Assembly: GCA_041665345.1 (NCBI GenBank)
Contig: JBAYJA010000001.1
Coordinates: forward strand, 201,206-265,205
Direction: 5' to 3'
DNA from: Patescibacteria group bacterium
Lineage (GTDB): Bacteria; Patescibacteriota; Patescibacteriia; PEXW01
Length of the DNA: 64,000 nucleotides
A program made the translations under genes and the position numbers. The notes under the pieces were generated by a model that worked only from the letters and a program-made list of their open reading frames with translations, made no database searches and had not been told where the DNA came from. Below are positions 27,611 to 38,260 of this stretch, piece by piece (the stretch's first letter is position 1; each line of letters opens with the position of its first letter).

Positions 27611-28756
27611 ATGTTTGAATCAATCACACCCGCAGCACAACCCACACCAGACGTACCTCGCGCCCCAGCACCTCCCAGCACACCTCTGGAGATTCACACC
27701 ATGCCCGAACGTTTCCTGGGTGGCGGGGCGCCAGGGAAGGGTTTACCCATGGGCGCGCCCAAGCCCAAGGGTTCTGGCCGTGGCTTGATTATTGCCATTA
27801 GCATCATTGTGGTGGTTGGCCTGGGTGTTGTGGCAGCACTGTTCTTCACGGATATCTTCAACAAGAATGCGGCCAATACGAATAATACAAATTTGGTTAC
27901 AAACACTGCAAATACCAATGCGAACTCGAACAGCAATGCCAATACGAACGCCAACGGCAATGCAAACCTGAACAGCAACGCAAATACGAATAGTAACCAA
28001 AATGGAAACTTGAACAGTAATGGCAACGTCAATACGAATGTGAATGCACCAACCAACCAAAATGTGAACAGCGATCCGCAGGCAAAATCCAGTGCAGATG
28101 CAGATAAAGATGAATTGACGAATGCAGAAGAGAGCATCTTTGGCACGAATCCCAGCTCCTCGGACTCCGATGGTGATAGCTTCTTGGATGGAAAAGAATT
28201 GAAATTAGGCTACTACCCACTCGGCGCTGGCAAGTTGGTGGCATCCTCACTCGTAAGCACATTCACAAACGCGCTCTACGGGAGTTCTGTGCTCTACCCG
28301 CGGCAGTGGGTAACGGTTGCCCGCAGCAGTACCGAGCAAATTTTCACCAATCCAACGGGTGATGAGAACATCACCTTGGCGGTGTATGACAATCCTGCCC
28401 GTCTTACTGCGAAGCAGTGGTACATGCAGCAAACCGGCTCGGTGGTAGACGCCACTGGTCTGGTGGATGTGGCCTCCTGGGATACGCTCAGCACCGGAGT
28501 GATTAGCCCAAATGGTTTAGTGTACTACTTTGCCAACGCAGGTCAGCTCTACGTGATTTCCCTGAATTACGGTCTGAAGCCCACGGTTGATTCCCGTGCG
28601 ACCTTTGAGATGCTGGCTCGGAGTTTGACCGTGGATCCCACGAAGGTGAATGTGAACACGAATACGGTAAATGCAAATGCCAACACGAATAGTGTGGGGA
28701 ACACGAATACCGCCGGGAATACCAACGGGAACAGTAATACCAACAGCAGCACCTAG
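27611..28756 (+). CDS. paralogous membrane protein with an (NTNANSN)n low-complexity linker, Asp-rich repeats and a C-terminal domain of unknown function
   Basis: It shares with the preceding gene the same architecture and the DG.E.K.GY.P.GAG.L module. Confidence 0.6.
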   Translation: MFESITPAAQPTPDVPRAPAPPSTPLEIHTMPERFLGGGAPGKGLPMGAPKPKGSGRGLIIAISIIVVVGLGVVAALFFTDIFNKNAANTNNTNLVTNTANTNANSNSNANTNANGNANLNSNANTNSNQNGNLNSNGNVNTNVNAPTNQNVNSDPQAKSSADADKDELTNAEESIFGTNPSSSDSDGDSFLDGKELKLGYYPLGAGKLVASSLVSTFTNALYGSSVLYPRQWVTVARSSTEQIFTNPTGDENITLAVYDNPARLTAKQWYMQQTGSVVDATGLVDVASWDTLSTGVISPNGLVYYFANAGQLYVISLNYGLKPTVDSRATFEMLARSLTVDPTKVNVNTNTVNANANTNSVGNTNTAGNTNGNSNTNSST

Positions 28757-28757
28757 C

Positions 28758-29213
28758 ATGGAGTTCCGCGTGGTCAATCTGAGTGGCCAACGGCTGCTCC
28801 AACCACGCTGCAACGGTGTGCGCGTGACCTGGAAAGCGCTTTTCCACAAGACCCAAGGCATCCAAGGCGCCTGGTCAGGGATCAGTGTGGCCTTGGTGGT
28901 GTGCACCGGCCAAAAAATGGCCAGGCTCAATAAGCAGTACCGTGGGAAGCCAACGGCAACGGACGTTTTGGCCTTTCCGGATTCCACGGTGGATTCTGCC
29001 GGTAACGTGCGGAAGGGGAGTGGTGATATCTGCATATGTCCAACCGCCTTGCGACGCCGAAACCCGAAAGCAAATCTCGCTGAACTCCTTGCTCACCGGT
29101 TTGTGCACTCCCTCCTCCATCTCCATGGGTTTCTCCACGAAAGCGATGCTGCCGCCGCACGGATGGAAGCGCGCACCCAACTGATTTTACACGCATATGG
29201 TCGCCATCACTAG
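28758..29213 (+). CDS. ybeY: rRNA maturation endoribonuclease YbeY
   Basis: H..H.....H zinc motif (HSLLHLHGFLHE). The true start is the internal Met, since the track ORF is extended upstream. Confidence 0.8.
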   Translation: MEFRVVNLSGQRLLQPRCNGVRVTWKALFHKTQGIQGAWSGISVALVVCTGQKMARLNKQYRGKPTATDVLAFPDSTVDSAGNVRKGSGDICICPTALRRRNPKANLAELLAHRFVHSLLHLHGFLHESDAAAARMEARTQLILHAYGRHH

Positions 29214-29220
29214 CCAGAGT

Positions 29221-29577
29221 ATGAAGAACAGCGTGCGCTACGCCCGACGGGGGATAGTCCATGCCTATAAAACCCAGCAGAGCCTCCGCGTCCAAGTGGT
29301 TACGGCAGCCGTGGTCATTATTGGCATGCTGGTTTTACGCGTTTCTACGCGCGATGCAGTCATTCTGATTTTTCTCATTGCCGCTGTCCTTACCTTAGAG
29401 CTCATCAATACCGTGGTTGAGCACCTCACCGACATGGTCAGCCCACGTCTGCAGGCAGCTGCGCAGGTCGTCAAAGACACAATGGCTGGCGCAGTCCTCC
29501 TCGTTTCCCTGGTGGCCGCGGTCGTGGGAATCATTGTCCTGTGGCCATACCTTAGCCACGCCCTGAGCTTGTCCTAG
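29221..29577 (+). CDS. dgkA: diacylglycerol kinase (DgkA, prokaryotic type)
   Basis: Three TM helices and the ELINTVVEHLTD motif. ybeY-dgkA is a conserved gene pair. Confidence 0.65.
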   Translation: MKNSVRYARRGIVHAYKTQQSLRVQVVTAAVVIIGMLVLRVSTRDAVILIFLIAAVLTLELINTVVEHLTDMVSPRLQAAAQVVKDTMAGAVLLVSLVAAVVGIIVLWPYLSHALSLS

Positions 29578-29609
29578 GGGCTCTTTTCTTGTATACTAGG
29601 CGCAACCCT

Positions 29610-30848
29610 ATGCCCCATGCACCCACCCTTGTCGGACTCGATCTCGGGTCCACGACTGTCCGTGTCGTGGTCGGCTCCGTTTTGGAAGCTGGCCAAGGTA
29701 TTCAGGTACTTGGGGTAGGTGAGCATGTGGCCGACGGTATTAGTAAGGGCGCAATCACCAGTATTGAGGATGCCATTTCTTCTATTTCCGGCGCGCTAGA
29801 GCAGGCTGAGCGTATGACTGGCATTCCCATAACCCACGCCTACGTTGGTATCAACGGGACGCACATCACCAGCCAGGAAGCGCATGGGGTTGTTGCGGTA
29901 GCGAAGGCTGATGGCGAAATTAAAGAAGCAGATGTGGAGCGGGTGATTGAAGCCGCGCAAACTATGGCAGTTCCTTCGAATACGGAAATATTGCACGTCA
30001 TTCCACGCACGTTCACCGTGGATAATCAAAAAGGGGTAAAAGACCCCATTGGCATGTCTGGGATTCGCTTGGAGGTGGACGCGCAGATTATTCAAGGCCT
30101 GCAAGCGCAAGTGAAGAACTTGACGAAGTGCATTTACCGCACTGGGGTGGAAATTGATGATATGGTGATGGGCGTTCTCGCGGCATCTGAAGCTGTTCTG
30201 ACGAAGCGCCAGAAGGAAATTGGGGTGTGCTTGGTGAACCTCGGTGCTTCCACCACCAGCGTCATTGTCTTTGAGGAGGGCGATGTTTTGCACACGGCAA
30301 TACTCCCCGTGGGTGCTGGGCACGTGACGAATGACATTGCTATTGGCCTGCGAACCTCCATTGATGTGGCTGAGCAGGTGAAACTGGAATACGGGACGGC
30401 TACTCCAGAAGAAGTGAGTAAGCGTGATGAAATAAATCTCGCAGAAGTGGATAGCAAAGAAACAGGCGTTGTGTCCCGCAAGCACGTGGCAGAGATCATT
30501 GAGGCGCGAACCTCAGAAATTTTCAGCATGGTAGAGAAAGAATTGCAGAAGGTTGATCGCTCTGGGTTGCTTCCAGCCGGGATTGTACTGGTGGGTGGAG
30601 GCGCAAAACTATTGGGTATTGTGGACATTGCAAAACGGGAGTTTCGCTTGCCAGCCGCCGTCGGCACCCCGTTGAATCTCATGACGGCTATTGATAAAGT
30701 GCAAGACCCGCAGTACGCTGCAGCGGTAGGGTTGGTTGCTTGGGGAGCTGCGCTCAACCAATCGTCAGGCAACCATTCATCGAAGTTCTCCACGGTCAAT
30801 GATGTCATTGGGAAGCTCCGTGGTTGGGTGAAGCACCTCACCTCCTAA
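29610..30848 (+). CDS. ftsA: cell division protein FtsA
   Basis: Actin-like ATPase (LVGLDLGSTTVRVVVG) and a C-terminal amphipathic tail. Confidence 0.85.
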   Translation: MPHAPTLVGLDLGSTTVRVVVGSVLEAGQGIQVLGVGEHVADGISKGAITSIEDAISSISGALEQAERMTGIPITHAYVGINGTHITSQEAHGVVAVAKADGEIKEADVERVIEAAQTMAVPSNTEILHVIPRTFTVDNQKGVKDPIGMSGIRLEVDAQIIQGLQAQVKNLTKCIYRTGVEIDDMVMGVLAASEAVLTKRQKEIGVCLVNLGASTTSVIVFEEGDVLHTAILPVGAGHVTNDIAIGLRTSIDVAEQVKLEYGTATPEEVSKRDEINLAEVDSKETGVVSRKHVAEIIEARTSEIFSMVEKELQKVDRSGLLPAGIVLVGGGAKLLGIVDIAKREFRLPAAVGTPLNLMTAIDKVQDPQYAAAVGLVAWGAALNQSSGNHSSKFSTVNDVIGKLRGWVKHLTS

Positions 30849-30851
30849 CCT

Positions 30852-32042
30852 TTGCGTATGGCCAGAAGCGCTATGGAAATTAAACCGGATATCGAAACCT
30901 TCGCCAAAATTAAAGTGGTGGGCGTGGGTGGTTCTGGCGGATCCGCCGTTGACCGCATGATTGCCTCCAAGATTCGGGGGGTGGAATTTTTGGTCGTGAA
31001 CACCGATGCACAGGCGCTCCACCACTCGAAGGCGCAGACCAAAATTCACATTGGGAAAACGGTCACCCGGGGCTTAGGCGCCGGTATGGATCCAGAGCTT
31101 GGCCGGAAGGCTGCCGAAGAGAGCCAGGACGAGCTCCACGATGCGTTGAAGGGCGCAGATATGGTTTTCATCACCTGCGGCCTGGGTGGCGGCACTGGCA
31201 CGGGCGCCTCACCGGTTGTTGCAGAAATTGCGCAGGACGTGGGAGCGCTTACCGTTGCCGTCGTCACCAAGCCGTTTGCTTTTGAAGGTGCGCAGCGGAA
31301 AGACATTGGCGAATCTGGCTTGCAAGAGTTGAGCGATCGGGTTGATACTCTCATTACCATCCCGAATGACCGGCTTCTGCAAATCATCGACAAGAAAACT
31401 TCGCTCCTCGACGCATTTGGCACGGTTGATGACGTCCTTCGTCAAGGTGTCCAGGGGATTTCTGAGCTCATCACCATTCCTGGACTTATTAATGTGGACT
31501 TTGCAGACGTCAAATCCATCATGGAAGATGCGGGATCCGCGCTCATGGGTATTGGGAAAGGGAGTGGGGATAATCGAGCTGTTGATGCGGCAAAAGCGGC
31601 CATTGATAGTCCTTTGCTGGAGCTCAGTATTGACGGAGCCAAGGGTATTCTCTTCACGGTCACGGGTGGGTCTGACCTGAGCATGTTTGAGGTGAACGAA
31701 GCTGCCCGGATTATCACTGCCTCCATTGATCCAAATGCGAAAGTCATCTTTGGTACGGTGATTGACGAAGCCTTGAAAGGTGAAGTCCGCATTACCGTCA
31801 TTGCCACAGGTTTTGGGAAGGGCGCGACGCCCCGGCCAATGGGAAAAAAGATTACCCCCCAGGGTCTCACCCCCATGGAACCATCTCCCAGAACGACGCC
31901 CCGGCCCGCACCTGAGCCAGTGAAACCCACACCGCCACCAGCACGGCCAACCCCCCGACCAATGCCCGAACCAGCCACGCCACCCAAGGCGGCGGAAGAG
32001 GATCTGGAAATCCCCGCGTTTATTCGCCGGAAAATGATGTAA
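30852..32042 (+). CDS. ftsZ: cell division GTPase FtsZ
   Basis: Tubulin signature GGGTGTG, a Pro-rich linker and the conserved C-terminal peptide [11 protein letters not shown]. Confidence 0.9.
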   Translation: MRMARSAMEIKPDIETFAKIKVVGVGGSGGSAVDRMIASKIRGVEFLVVNTDAQALHHSKAQTKIHIGKTVTRGLGAGMDPELGRKAAEESQDELHDALKGADMVFITCGLGGGTGTGASPVVAEIAQDVGALTVAVVTKPFAFEGAQRKDIGESGLQELSDRVDTLITIPNDRLLQIIDKKTSLLDAFGTVDDVLRQGVQGISELITIPGLINVDFADVKSIMEDAGSALMGIGKGSGDNRAVDAAKAAIDSPLLELSIDGAKGILFTVTGGSDLSMFEVNEAARIITASIDPNAKVIFGTVIDEALKGEVRITVIATGFGKGATPRPMGKKITPQGLTPMEPSPRTTPRPAPEPVKPTPPPARPTPRPMPEPATPPKAAEEDLEIPAFIRRKMM

Positions 32043-32184
32043 GTCAGGGTGTGCGGCAGGAGGAGCACGCTATCCACAGGCAACCAGGTGTGTCGTCATC
32101 TTCTTCCTAATGCGACACACGTAAAGTTCAATACGTACTAGCAATTTCACCCCACGTTCGTCAGAGTAGGGGAGATTTGCTTTT

Positions 32185-32235
32185 TCCCATATCTAGTGGT
32201 ATACTACCCATTGGAACCACTACATGTAGTATTTC
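32185..32235 (+). promoter_or_regulatory. probable nrdR-nrdJ promoter (extended -10 TGgTATACT at 32197-32205) overlapping palindromes that resemble NrdR boxes
   Basis: Palindromes ccatatctagtgg and accactacatgtagtat. NrdR operators are normally AT-rich palindromes overlapping nrd promoters. Confidence 0.4.
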
Positions 32236-32514
32236 TTAGGAAAAGCAGAAAAGAAGCGTAGCGATCGAAAGCCGCGTGATCGCCTCGGAGCTTGTCCCGT
32301 GTCAGCTTCTTTCACAAAACCCACACCCACCCCAACACCAGGGTATAGCAACCTTGCCCGTTGCCGGCCGTTCGCGTGGAAAGCACCTCGCAACACGTCC
32401 AGAGCAGCAGGCTATGGTTTCTGGTCGCTTGCCAGCTTGGCGAAGTCGGGCTTTCTCCTGTACGATGGAGAACCCCGCCACTGTTGGCGACCCTGGAATA
32501 CTCCGCGTTGTGCT

Positions 32515-33036
32515 ATGAAATGCCCTGCCTGCCATAAGTTGGATACGCGCGTTATGGACTCCCGCCTCATTGAAGACGGGCTGGCCATTCGGCGACGCCG
32601 GGAATGCCCGCGGTGCAGCTTCCGCTTCTCCACGGTGGAGGAAACGGAAATTTTGAACCTCAGCGTCATCAAGCGGGACGGCCGGCACGAGCCGTATAGC
32701 CGGGAAAAGCTAGAAGTGGGGATTCGGCGGTCATTCCAGAAGCTGCCCCAGACCCAGGATGAGTTCAAGCGGCTCATCAACCAGATTGAACGGGACATCC
32801 AAACCTCGGGTCGTACGGAAATCAAGAGTTCAGCCATTGGAGAAATTGTCATGAAGCACCTGAAGCGGGCCAGCCACGTGGCCTACATCCGCTTCGCCTC
32901 GGTCTACCGCTCCTTCACCGACGTGGCTACCTTCCAAGACGAACTGAACGGTTTACTGCGGCCAGTGCGGCAGCGAAAACTTCCAACCCGCAGTGGGTCT
33001 CGCCGCCGAACAGTCGTGCGTCGAAATCGAAAATAA
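32515..33036 (+). CDS. nrdR: transcriptional repressor NrdR
   Basis: MKCPACHKLDTRVMDSR...CPRC zinc ribbon plus an ATP-cone. The track ORF is over-extended upstream. Confidence 0.85.
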   Translation: MKCPACHKLDTRVMDSRLIEDGLAIRRRRECPRCSFRFSTVEETEILNLSVIKRDGRHEPYSREKLEVGIRRSFQKLPQTQDEFKRLINQIERDIQTSGRTEIKSSAIGEIVMKHLKRASHVAYIRFASVYRSFTDVATFQDELNGLLRPVRQRKLPTRSGSRRRTVVRRNRK

Positions 33037-33072
33037 TTTGCAAACCCCTCGTTCCCTAATTGACGCGTTCCC

Positions 33073-36000
33073 ATGCCTAACGCCGCCACCCTCACGCACA
33101 CCTCCACTCAGACTGCAGCACCTGCTCTGCCGCCAGTGCGGTATAGTCCAACAGGTTTGCGGGTGAAGCGGCGGAACACCACCCCCGGGGTCAACCCGTT
33201 GGACCAGGTGGCGTATGAGAAGCGGACTTCAGTCATCAAAAATCCTGATGGCCGGATTGTGCATGAGATAACTGACGTGGAAGTGCCTAAAGGCTGGTCC
33301 CAAGTGGCCACCGATATTTTGGCGCAGAAGTACTTTCGCAAAGCCGGGGTACCGCAGCTGGATGCGGAAGGAAATCCGGTGCTGGATAGTCAGGGCAACC
33401 CCGTGCTGGGGTCAGAGCGAAGTGCGCGGCAGGTCGTGCACCGTTTGGCACACTGCTGGCGCTGGTGGGGTGAGCGCTACGGCTACTTTGCCTCCGCCGA
33501 AGATGCGCAGGCCTACGAAGACGAAATGGCCTTCATTCTCATTAACCAGTTTGGCGCGCCCAATTCCCCCCAGTGGTTCAACACCGGTCTGGCGACGGTC
33601 TACGGCATTACCAGCTCCCCCCAGGGGCACTACTACGTGGTGCCAGAAACCGGCGAGCTCCGGAAGTCCGAAGACGCCTACACCCACCCCCAGCCGCACG
33701 CCTGCTTCATCCAGAGTGTGAAAGATGACCTGGTGAACGAAGGTGGGATTTTTGACCTGATTACCCGCGAAGCGCGGCTTTTCAAGTACGGTTCGGGCAC
33801 GGGCAGCAACTTCTCCACCCTCCGCGGCAAAGGCGAACGCCTGGGCGGCGGCGGCCAGTCCTCGGGCATGATGTCCTTCCTGAAGATTTTTGACCGGGCA
33901 GCCGGAGCCATCAAGAGCGGTGGTACCACGCGTCGGGCAGCCAAGATGGTTATCGTCAACGTGGACCACCCAGACGTGGAAGAGTTCATTACCTGGAAAG
34001 TCCAGGAAGAGCAGAAGGTGGCAGACCTGGTCACGGGTAGCAAAATTAACGCCAAGGCGCTGAATGAGATTATGCGCGTGGCGCACGAAGCCGGCACCAC
34101 CAACGTGCAGCAGTCGCCGGAGCTGAAGCGGGTCATCAAAGACGCGGCACGGTCCAATGTTCCCCTCAACTACGTGGCGCGGGTATTGGATTTGGTTCGC
34201 CAAGGTCGGACCAGCATTGACTTCCCGGTGTTTGACACGCACTTCGAAGGCGAAGCGTACACTACCGTCTCTGGGCAGAACAGCAACAACACCGTGCGCG
34301 TGACCAATGCGTACATGGATGCGGTGCGCGTGAATGCTCCCTGGAACCTCACCAACCGCACCACCGGGGAAGTGGTTCGCACCGTTCCCGCCCGGGACCT
34401 GTGGGATCAAATTTCCTACGCTGCTTGGGCGTGCGCGGATCCGGGCTTGCAGTTTGACACCACGGTGAACGAGTGGCACACCTGCCCGGCTGATGGCCGC
34501 ATTAACGGTTCCAACCCGTGCAGCGAGTACATGTTCATGGATGACACGGCCTGCAACCTGGCTTCCCTCAACCTGGCCAAGTACCTGGACGCGGAAACCG
34601 GCATCTTTGACATTGACGGCTACCGCCACAGCATCCGGCTGTGGACCCTTACCCTGGAACTCTCCGTGCTCATGGCGCAGTTCCCCGGCGCGGAGATTGC
34701 CCGCCGCAGCTACGAGTACCGCACCCTGGGCTTGGGCTACGCCAACCTGGGCACAGTCCTGATGACCATGGGCATTCCCTACGACTCCGACGAAGGCCGC
34801 GCCATTGCCGGTGCCCTCACTGCTGTCATGACCGGGGAATCCTACGCGGCTTCAGCTGAAGTTGCCAGTGTGGTGGGCTCCTTCCCCGCCTACGAGCGCA
34901 ACAAGCGGCACATGCTCCGCGTCATCCGCAACCACCGCCGCGCCGCGTACAATGCGCCGGCAGATGAGTACGAAGGCCTCTCCATTCTCCCCATGGGCAT
35001 TGCGGGCGACGTTTGTCCACCCTACCTCCTGGACGCAGCCAAGCACGCCTGGGACCGCGCCATCACCCTGGGTGAGCAGCATGGCTACCGCAACGCGCAG
35101 ACCACAGTCATTGCCCCCACCGGCACCATTGGCCTGGTCATGGACTGTGACACCACGGGCATTGAGCCAGACTTCGCCATTGTGAAATTCAAGAAGTTGG
35201 CCGGCGGCGGGTTCTTCAAAATCGTCAACCAATCTTTGGACAAAGCCTTGAAGCACTTGGGTTACACCCCAACGCAGGTGCAGGAAATTGAAGCCTACGC
35301 CAAAGGTCACGGCACCCTGGTGGGCTGCCCCACCATCAACCCCGCGGTGCTCCGAGACAAAGGCTTCACCGACGCTGACCTGCAGAAAATTGAAGCCAGC
35401 CTCTCCACGGCTTTTGACCTCCGTTTCGCCTTCACTCCCTTCACTTTGGGTGAGGACATGCTCAAGCGCATTGGCATGACGGACGGGCAAGTGGCAGACC
35501 GCGAATTGAACGTGCTGAAAGCCCTGGGTTTTACCGATGCGGAAGTGGAAGAAGCGAATGCGTACGTCTGCGGCACCATGACCATTGAAGGCGCGCCCCA
35601 CCTGAAGCCAGAGCACTACGCGGTCTTTGACTGCGCCAACAAGTGCGGCACCAAAGGCAAGCGCTACATTCACTACGACGCGCACCTGCAGATGATGGCC
35701 GCAGCCCAGCCCTTCATCTCTGGCGCCATTTCCAAAACCATCAACATGCCCAACGATGCCACGTTGGTGGACATTGCTACGGCCTACGACAAGAGCTGGA
35801 AACTCATGCTGAAAGCCGTTGCCCTGTACCGGGATGGTTCCAAACTTTCCCAACCGCTGAACTCCACCTCAGGTCTGGACGAGCTTGCCCAGGCAGACAC
35901 CGAGGAAGATGAAGTGAACGAGCAAGTGACGCCCCAGCAGGTCTCGGACGCCGTGGCTGCCCAGGCCGTGCGTTCCGCCTTGCCCAACAAGCGCCGGGGC

Positions 36001-36579
36001 TTTGTGCAGAAGGCGTACGTGGGCGGGCACAAGGTCTACCTCCGCACGGGTGAGTACCCCGACGGGAAGTTGGGTGAGATCTTCATTGACATGTACAAAG
36101 AGGGGACGGCGTACCGCAGCTTGCTTTCCATGTTCGCCATTTCCATTTCCAAAGGGTTGCAGTACGGCATTCCCTTGGAAGACTACGTGGATACGTACAC
36201 CTACACAAGATTTGAACCCGCGGGCTCGGTGCAGGGGCACTCCAACGTGAAGATGTCCACCTCCATTCTGGACTACGTCTTCCGCGTGTTGGGCTACGAG
36301 TACCTGGGCCGCAATGACCTGGTGCACGTAAAGCCCGAGGTGAAGGAAGTGGAAGGGAAGACCGCCACCCAGGCCAGCCTGCCCATGGAGATTGCCAAGA
36401 CCACCAGCAATAGCCACGCCATGAAGCAGACCGTCAGCTTTGGCATGGAAGCCAAGGACGAAGCTCGGCAGCAGGGTTTCACCGGTGACCAGTGCGGCGC
36501 CTGCGGCAGCATGAAGATGAAGCGCAACGGCACCTGCATATTATGTCTCGACTGTGGTGAGACGACAGGGTGTAGTTAA
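33073..36579 (+). CDS. nrdJ: ribonucleoside-diphosphate/triphosphate reductase, adenosylcobalamin-dependent (class II, NrdJ-like, 1168 aa)
   Basis: RNR core motifs ([29 protein letters not shown]) and a C-terminal CxxC...CxxC tail. It is a single large gene with no nrdB partner and directly follows nrdR. Assignment to class II rather than class I is an inference. Confidence 0.65.
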   Translation: MPNAATLTHTSTQTAAPALPPVRYSPTGLRVKRRNTTPGVNPLDQVAYEKRTSVIKNPDGRIVHEITDVEVPKGWSQVATDILAQKYFRKAGVPQLDAEGNPVLDSQGNPVLGSERSARQVVHRLAHCWRWWGERYGYFASAEDAQAYEDEMAFILINQFGAPNSPQWFNTGLATVYGITSSPQGHYYVVPETGELRKSEDAYTHPQPHACFIQSVKDDLVNEGGIFDLITREARLFKYGSGTGSNFSTLRGKGERLGGGGQSSGMMSFLKIFDRAAGAIKSGGTTRRAAKMVIVNVDHPDVEEFITWKVQEEQKVADLVTGSKINAKALNEIMRVAHEAGTTNVQQSPELKRVIKDAARSNVPLNYVARVLDLVRQGRTSIDFPVFDTHFEGEAYTTVSGQNSNNTVRVTNAYMDAVRVNAPWNLTNRTTGEVVRTVPARDLWDQISYAAWACADPGLQFDTTVNEWHTCPADGRINGSNPCSEYMFMDDTACNLASLNLAKYLDAETGIFDIDGYRHSIRLWTLTLELSVLMAQFPGAEIARRSYEYRTLGLGYANLGTVLMTMGIPYDSDEGRAIAGALTAVMTGESYAASAEVASVVGSFPAYERNKRHMLRVIRNHRRAAYNAPADEYEGLSILPMGIAGDVCPPYLLDAAKHAWDRAITLGEQHGYRNAQTTVIAPTGTIGLVMDCDTTGIEPDFAIVKFKKLAGGGFFKIVNQSLDKALKHLGYTPTQVQEIEAYAKGHGTLVGCPTINPAVLRDKGFTDADLQKIEASLSTAFDLRFAFTPFTLGEDMLKRIGMTDGQVADRELNVLKALGFTDAEVEEANAYVCGTMTIEGAPHLKPEHYAVFDCANKCGTKGKRYIHYDAHLQMMAAAQPFISGAISKTINMPNDATLVDIATAYDKSWKLMLKAVALYRDGSKLSQPLNSTSGLDELAQADTEEDEVNEQVTPQQVSDAVAAQAVRSALPNKRRGFVQKAYVGGHKVYLRTGEYPDGKLGEIFIDMYKEGTAYRSLLSMFAISISKGLQYGIPLEDYVDTYTYTRFEPAGSVQGHSNVKMSTSILDYVFRVLGYEYLGRNDLVHVKPEVKEVEGKTATQASLPMEIAKTTSNSHAMKQTVSFGMEAKDEARQQGFTGDQCGACGSMKMKRNGTCILCLDCGETTGCS

Positions 36580-36615
36580 ACAAACTTCACCTCCCCCAAC
36601 CCCCTCCTTCGTAAG

Positions 36616-36645
36616 GAGGGGGTTTTGAGATGTGTGTACCACCCG
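36616..36645 (+). terminator. rho-independent terminator after nrdJ
   Basis: cccctccttcgtaaggaggggg followed by TTTTG. Confidence 0.6.
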
Positions 36646-36725
36646 CCCCTTGCGAAGGGGCCGTCTGCGGCGGGCGCGACCCATTGGAAGCACCCCGGAC
36701 GGGGAGGGTGGGGTAGAATGTTTGT

Positions 36726-37115
36726 ATGACCGAGATTTTCAACAAGCGAGAAGAGAAGGAGAAACGGAGGAGGCTCCGCAGTGACATGCCACGGGCTGAA
36801 GGGATGCTTTGGGAGCAACTTCGGGGGAAACGCCTTGGGGAGCATCGATTTCGTCGGCAGGTAAGTATTGGGAAGTATGTCGTAGATTTTTACTGCCCAC
36901 GTCTCCGGCTAGTTGTTGAGGTTGATGGCGAGTCACATTTTCAGGAAGGTGCACGTGAGTACGATTGGGAAAGGCAGCAGATAATTGAGAATCTGGGGTT
37001 ACATTTTATTCGCGTAACGAACACGGATGTTTACAGTAATCTCCAAGGAGTTGTTGATGAGATTCTTCATGAGATGAAGCGAATCGAGAATAGAAGAATT
37101 TCTTTCCCGAAATAA
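36726..37115 (+). CDS. DUF559/Vsr-like endonuclease-domain protein
   Basis: YVVDFYCPRLRLVVEVDGESH...ENLGLHFIRVTNTDV is the hallmark of the DUF559 restriction-endonuclease-fold family. Confidence 0.7.
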   Translation: MTEIFNKREEKEKRRRLRSDMPRAEGMLWEQLRGKRLGEHRFRRQVSIGKYVVDFYCPRLRLVVEVDGESHFQEGAREYDWERQQIIENLGLHFIRVTNTDVYSNLQGVVDEILHEMKRIENRRISFPK

Positions 37116-37118
37116 AAA

Positions 37119-37143
37119 AGAGCAACCCGGGTGAGGTTGCTCT
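37119..37143. repeat. conserved terminator hairpin AGAGCAACC-cgggtga-GGTTGCTCT, copy 1 of 4 (others at 37830-37854, 38219-38243, 38630-38653)
   Basis: The copies are nearly identical 25-nt stem-loops, each preceded by an A-run and followed by a T-run, placed after each small gene of the 37.1-39.6 kb cluster. Confidence 0.7.
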
Positions 37144-37751
37144 TAAAGAGATTTTTTGGGGTGACGCTGGGCAAGGAGTCCAACGCCGCCATGAAGGATG
37201 AAACAGAGTATGGGGTAGGCGAGTTGGTACAGACCGTCATCAGGCCGGGGATCATGCTCCCATTGGAGGAAGATTGCTATCAGGCTCACCAGGTAGGCAA
37301 TGCTCCACAAGTACCAGGGGAAGACCCGAGTTTCGGTTTTTGGATCTCGCCACACACCGCGGTAGGTGGGGTAGAAAGACAACGCGATAGGAATTTGCAC
37401 TAAAAGGTTTGCCATCTTTGCGTCGTGGAACAAAAGCCACAGCAGACCAATGAGCGAGCCCAGGAGCAAGATTACTTTTTCCAACTGGTCCAGGGGTCTA
37501 AACTTACCCAGCCGTAATGCCACTACAAATACGTATATGTTCGCCAAGCTGCTGGCAATCGGTAACGCACTTTTAATTATGTCTGAAGTGCTGGTGAGGT
37601 AGGTTGCACAGTTCAGCGTGGTAAGAATGACCCAGAGCATCCAGGTGGCGGGGTTTGGCGTGGCCATTCCTTTGCCCATATTCCGTTTGTAAAGGAGAAA
37701 AGCCGCGACGTGCATTGACGCGGCAATTACTGCAAACGTCATTGCAAGCAC
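37143..37751 (-). CDS. polytopic membrane protein (202 aa, about 6 TM), paralog A
   Basis: Paralogous to 38936-39559, with shared motifs TPNPA.W..W and W.....TE. Confidence 0.55.
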   Translation of the reverse strand: MLAMTFAVIAASMHVAAFLLYKRNMGKGMATPNPATWMLWVILTTLNCATYLTSTSDIIKSALPIASSLANIYVFVVALRLGKFRPLDQLEKVILLLGSLIGLLWLLFHDAKMANLLVQIPIALSFYPTYRGVWRDPKTETRVFPWYLWSIAYLVSLIAIFLQWEHDPRPDDGLYQLAYPILCFILHGGVGLLAQRHPKKSL

Positions 37752-37860
37752 AGGTATCCTTTCTGTTTGCGTTTTTGTTAGTCAGCAAGAATAGCAAGAA
37801 TGTTGGTTTTGTCAACCGAGAAAAGAAAAAGAGCAACCTAGGTGAGGTTGCTCGTAGTGA

Positions 37861-38136
37861 TCAGTTTTTTAAGTTCTGCTGGGGTGTGGTCTCTCTCCAC
37901 AAAACTCGATCTTCATACATGAAGAACAGTGCAACCAGACCTCCGAGAACTACGGCGACGGTTGTGAATGTACTTCGGAGATCATGCACTGCGACGCTAC
38001 CGTTAGTCATTGCGCTCAGGCCTAGGAGGAGCGCACAAATGAGTCCGCTGCCAACAATGCCAAAGAGCACGCTCGCAAATCCGCTAATCAAAATGGAAAT
38101 GTACAGGTTGCCCAAGAATTCAACGAAACGATTCAT
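37861..38136 (-). CDS. small membrane protein (about 91 aa)
   Basis: The ATG at 38136 lies 4 nt after GGAGG. Upstream is TTGACA, 17 nt spacer, TAGATT. The track ORF's TTG start at 38181 is an upstream extension. Confidence 0.5.
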   Translation of the reverse strand: MNRFVEFLGNLYISILISGFASVLFGIVGSGLICALLLGLSAMTNGSVAVHDLRSTFTTVAVVLGGLVALFFMYEDRVLWRETTPQQNLKN

Positions 38137-38260
38137 TATTCCTCCAATTTTTTGTTTTCTTGTAGTCAGTGAATCTAGCAAGAAGTTATTTTCTTGTCAA
38201 TTGCCAAACCAGAAAAAAAGAGCAGCCTGGGTGAGGTTGCTCTATGAAGAAATTTGGATT

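Noticed and set aside
27694-28146. Minus-strand ORFs 27694-28146 and 27743-28060
   Set aside because: They lie antisense to the low-complexity NTN-repeat region of the 27611 gene, which makes them repeat-driven artefacts.
32380-32514. Full cobalamin riboswitch call for the nrdR leader
   Set aside because: Only the B12-box-like CCCGCCACTGT is present. I could not find the other conserved core elements, so it is kept as a low-confidence note inside a finding.
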